The notes under the pieces were generated by a model. It saw only the letters and a list, made by a program, of their open reading frames with translations. It did no database searches and was not told where the DNA came from. A stretch of 64,000 bases of DNA from an uncultured virus (IMG/VR IMGVR_UViG_3300047322_001016) (Duplodnaviria; Heunggongvirae; Uroviricota; Caudoviricetes): IMG/VR virus record IMGVR_UViG_3300047322_001016; one strand, 5' to 3'. The translations under genes were made by a program, and so were the position numbers. Shown one piece after another: positions 61,497 through 64,000 of the stretch (position 1 is the first letter of the stretch; each line of letters opens with the position of its first letter).

Positions 61497-62231
61497 CTAG
61501 GTGACCTTGGTGACTGTCCAGGCGTCTTCGGCGTTCCGGGCCATCCAGACGAGCGGAACGTAGAAGTGGCCGTGGTCGCCCCAGCCGGTTCCCCAGCTGT
61601 TGCGGACAATCCAGGTTTTGTCGCTGGTCTTGTATCCGACGCAGACGACGGCGTGGCCGCCGAGCAGCTGCTCGCCGACGCCGGGGTTGTAGAGCGCGTC
61701 GGGGCCGAGGTTCTCGAAGCTTTCGTACACGTCGAAGCCGAACGCGAACGGGAATCCCTGCGACAAACACGACATCATGTCGATCGGGCTCGCCGCGACG
61801 GCCCGGTACTCGATCGCGCGGTGGTAGCGGTCGGAACGAGACAGGCTCGCCGGCGGCGTGTCGGCGTATTTGCTGATGTCGTAGGGCCACAGGCTTTCGC
61901 GTGCGGCTCCGCGCTGCGCAATCACTTTGAACGAGTCGCGGATCTCGGCTCCGGCGTCCTCGCTGGTGCTTCCCTCCAGCTCGCGGCTGCGGTAGTAGAC
62001 CTCGAGTCTGCTCAGCCTGCCCCAGTCGCGGTCTCCTTCCCTGTGTTCCGCGTATTCGGTGACGGCCGTGGATGCGTTCGACGTGCATGCCCCGAGCGCC
62101 AACTGGTCGAAAACAAGGGGCATCTTCGGCCGCAGGTCAACGTCGACCATGACCGGAGTTTGGGTGGCGAGGAAAAGCAGGTCTCTCGGGTCGGGAGAGT
62201 CGCGTTTCCAGCCGTATGCGTGTTCGCTCAT
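61497..62231 (-). CDS. C1 (papain-like) cysteine peptidase
   Basis: DQLALGAC (Gln/Cys), GGHAV (His), IVRNSWG..WG..G.F (Asn). Confidence 0.92.
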   Translation of the reverse strand: MSEHAYGWKRDSPDPRDLLFLATQTPVMVDVDLRPKMPLVFDQLALGACTSNASTAVTEYAEHREGDRDWGRLSRLEVYYRSRELEGSTSEDAGAEIRDSFKVIAQRGAARESLWPYDISKYADTPPASLSRSDRYHRAIEYRAVAASPIDMMSCLSQGFPFAFGFDVYESFENLGPDALYNPGVGEQLLGGHAVVCVGYKTSDKTWIVRNSWGTGWGDHGHFYVPLVWMARNAEDAWTVTKVT

Positions 62232-62416
62232 GCCCGTGATGATTGCAGCCGCCGCGGAAGCGATGTCACTCCGTATGGATAAAAACTGACATGACGTCCG
62301 CTCCGTGTGCAATTCTGTCGCGCAGTCGCACCGCGGGGCGGTAAGCGGCTAGCCGGGTCCAGGGGACTCTAGGCGCAATTTGTTTCCGCGTCTACGAATC
62401 AGAAAGCGAGAACCCC

Positions 62417-64000
62417 ATGGACGACCCGCTGTTCCCCCCGCTGCCCGAATCCCTTGCCGATCTGTCCGACGATCAGCTTTCGTCGCTGCTCGACGAGCAT
62501 CAGGTCGCGCTCGACAAGATCGAAGCCGACGACGAGGCCTACACGGCCGGGCTCGACGGCGACGAGATCATCGCCGCGCTCACGCTCGGCCTCGAGCAGA
62601 TCAAGTCCCTGAAGGCGGCGCAGGCCCTTCGCGTCGAAGAGGCCATCGCCTTCAACACGAAGAAGCAGGAGCTTCTCGCGGCCGCCCGCGAAGAAGAGAA
62701 GCCCGCCGAGGAAGAGGCCGTAGCCGCGGCCGACGAGACGACCGACGAGCTCGCCGCCGAGACCGAAGAGGGCGAAGGCGACGGAGACGGCGACGGTGGC
62801 GAGGCCGAAGTGGCCGCAGCCGTCGAGCCGGAGCCCGCCCCGATCGTCGCGGACGCCGCGCCCGCACAGCGCTACCGCAAGGCGCCGCTGCCGGTCGTCG
62901 CACGTGACCGGTCGCCCGCCCCGGAGAAGAGCCGCACCGTGCTCGTCGCGGCAGCCGGCGCACCGGGCGTGACGCCCGGCGTCGAGCTGGACAGGATCGG
63001 CCTCGCGAACGCGATGGTCGAGCACGTCAAGCGGATGCCCCGCCCGACCAAGCACGAGGGTGGCGTCGAAGAGAAGACGCTGATCGCGGCTGCGCACTTC
63101 GCGTTCCCGCCGGAGCGTGTGCTTCGCCCCAACGACGCGGAAGGCAACAACGCGAAGATCCGCTCGATCGGGAACCCGTTCCTGGGCGTCGAGGGTCGCA
63201 ACGCGCTCGTCGCGTCCGGCGGTCTCTGCGCCCCGCTGACCCCGTTCTACGACATCCCGGACTTCGCGGTCACCGACCGCCCCGTCCGTGACGCGCTGCC
63301 GTCGTTCCAGGCGGAGCGTGGTGGCATCTCGGTGCCGTCGGTGTCGACGATCGGCGACATCACGACGGCCATCTCGGTCATCGAGGAAGCGGACGACGCG
63401 GCTGGCGGAACGTTCGCCACCAAGTCCTGCCAGGACCTCGACTGCCCGGTGTGGACGGACGTCGCTGTCGGAGCGATCAGCCACTGCCGCGAGTACGGCA
63501 ACTTCAACTCGCGGGCGTGGCCGGAAGGGATCGCGCACGAGAACAACCTGACGATGGCGGCGCTTTCGCGCACCGCCGACGCCAGGCTCCTGAACCGCAT
63601 CAAGGCGCTGTCGATCAACGTCACGCAGGCCGCGATCGGCGCGCAGCTGAACATGTACGCGTCGCTCGTCTACGCGATCACCCGCATGGAGGCCGGCGTC
63701 CGCTACCGGCTGCGGCTGGAGCGTGGCACGCAGTACCGCGTGATCATGCCGGAGTGGGTCGCGGACGCGCTCGCGGCTGACTCGGCGGCAACGCAGTTCA
63801 CCCGCTGGGACGCTCAGGCTCAGATGGCGGCGCACCTTGCCAACATCGGGGTCACGATCGCCTGGTCGAAGGACACCGTCAACACGGGAACGTCGCAGGG
63901 CTTCGCCAACGAGACGGCGAGCGCGATCGACGACTTCCCCGACGACGTCCAGTTCCCGTTCTTCGTGGAGGGCGAGTTCCTCCATCTCGACTCGGGAGTG
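62417..64000 (+). CDS. major capsid protein with N-terminal scaffold-like domain (runs off window)
   Basis: acidic Ala/Glu coiled-coil N-terminus, then LVASGGLCAP, RPVRDALPSFQAERGG, GNF..RAWPE; open to window end. Confidence 0.85.
   Translation, partial: MDDPLFPPLPESLADLSDDQLSSLLDEHQVALDKIEADDEAYTAGLDGDEIIAALTLGLEQIKSLKAAQALRVEEAIAFNTKKQELLAAAREEEKPAEEEAVAAADETTDELAAETEEGEGDGDGDGGEAEVAAAVEPEPAPIVADAAPAQRYRKAPLPVVARDRSPAPEKSRTVLVAAAGAPGVTPGVELDRIGLANAMVEHVKRMPRPTKHEGGVEEKTLIAAAHFAFPPERVLRPNDAEGNNAKIRSIGNPFLGVEGRNALVASGGLCAPLTPFYDIPDFAVTDRPVRDALPSFQAERGGISVPSVSTIGDITTAISVIEEADDAAGGTFATKSCQDLDCPVWTDVAVGAISHCREYGNFNSRAWPEGIAHENNLTMAALSRTADARLLNRIKALSINVTQAAIGAQLNMYASLVYAITRMEAGVRYRLRLERGTQYRVIMPEWVADALAADSAATQFTRWDAQAQMAAHLANIGVTIAWSKDTVNTGTSQGFANETASAIDDFPDDVQFPFFVEGEFLHLDSGV

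Noticed and set aside
1..64000. Integrase, reverse transcriptase/DGR, RtcB ligase or rRNA
   Set aside because: No recognisable motifs in this window; such partners may lie outside it.

Overview
This is a 64 kb piece of a large, GC-rich tailed-phage genome, most likely infecting an actinobacterium (evidence: a ClpC1-like N-domain, an Lsr2-like protein and many apparently leaderless genes). Layout: (1) 1-11.3 kb holds about 30 small minus-strand genes separated by a modular intergenic unit (bulged hairpin + TCCGGA(A/T)TTCCGGA palindrome + RBS). (2) 9.2-12.6 kb is a strand-skewed, repeat-rich region that may be an origin or genome terminus. (3) 13-25 kb has early/middle genes: LexA-like HTH, DNA methyltransferase, ClpC N-domain, DUF2303 pair, HNH and VRR-NUC. 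(4) 25-35 kb has tRNA clusters mixed with secreted or carbohydrate-active proteins, LuxR, HNH and Pth2. (5) 35-51 kb is the head module: terS, terL, a block of glycosyltransferases and methyltransferases, portal, prohead protease and a 2H phosphoesterase. (6) 52-62 kb is a second RNA island with tRNAs, a Ro60/TROVE gene, seven Y-RNA-like genes and a SigH-like sigma factor. (7) The major capsid gene starts at 62.4 kb. About 32 tRNA or tRNA-like genes were folded by hand, several of them atypical. The standout system is Ro60 with a diversified array of seven Y RNAs, alongside an anticodon-less tRNA, a minihelix, tRNAs with odd anticodon loops, Pth2 and a possibly capsid-packaged 2H enzyme. All calls come from reading the sequence; no searches were run.
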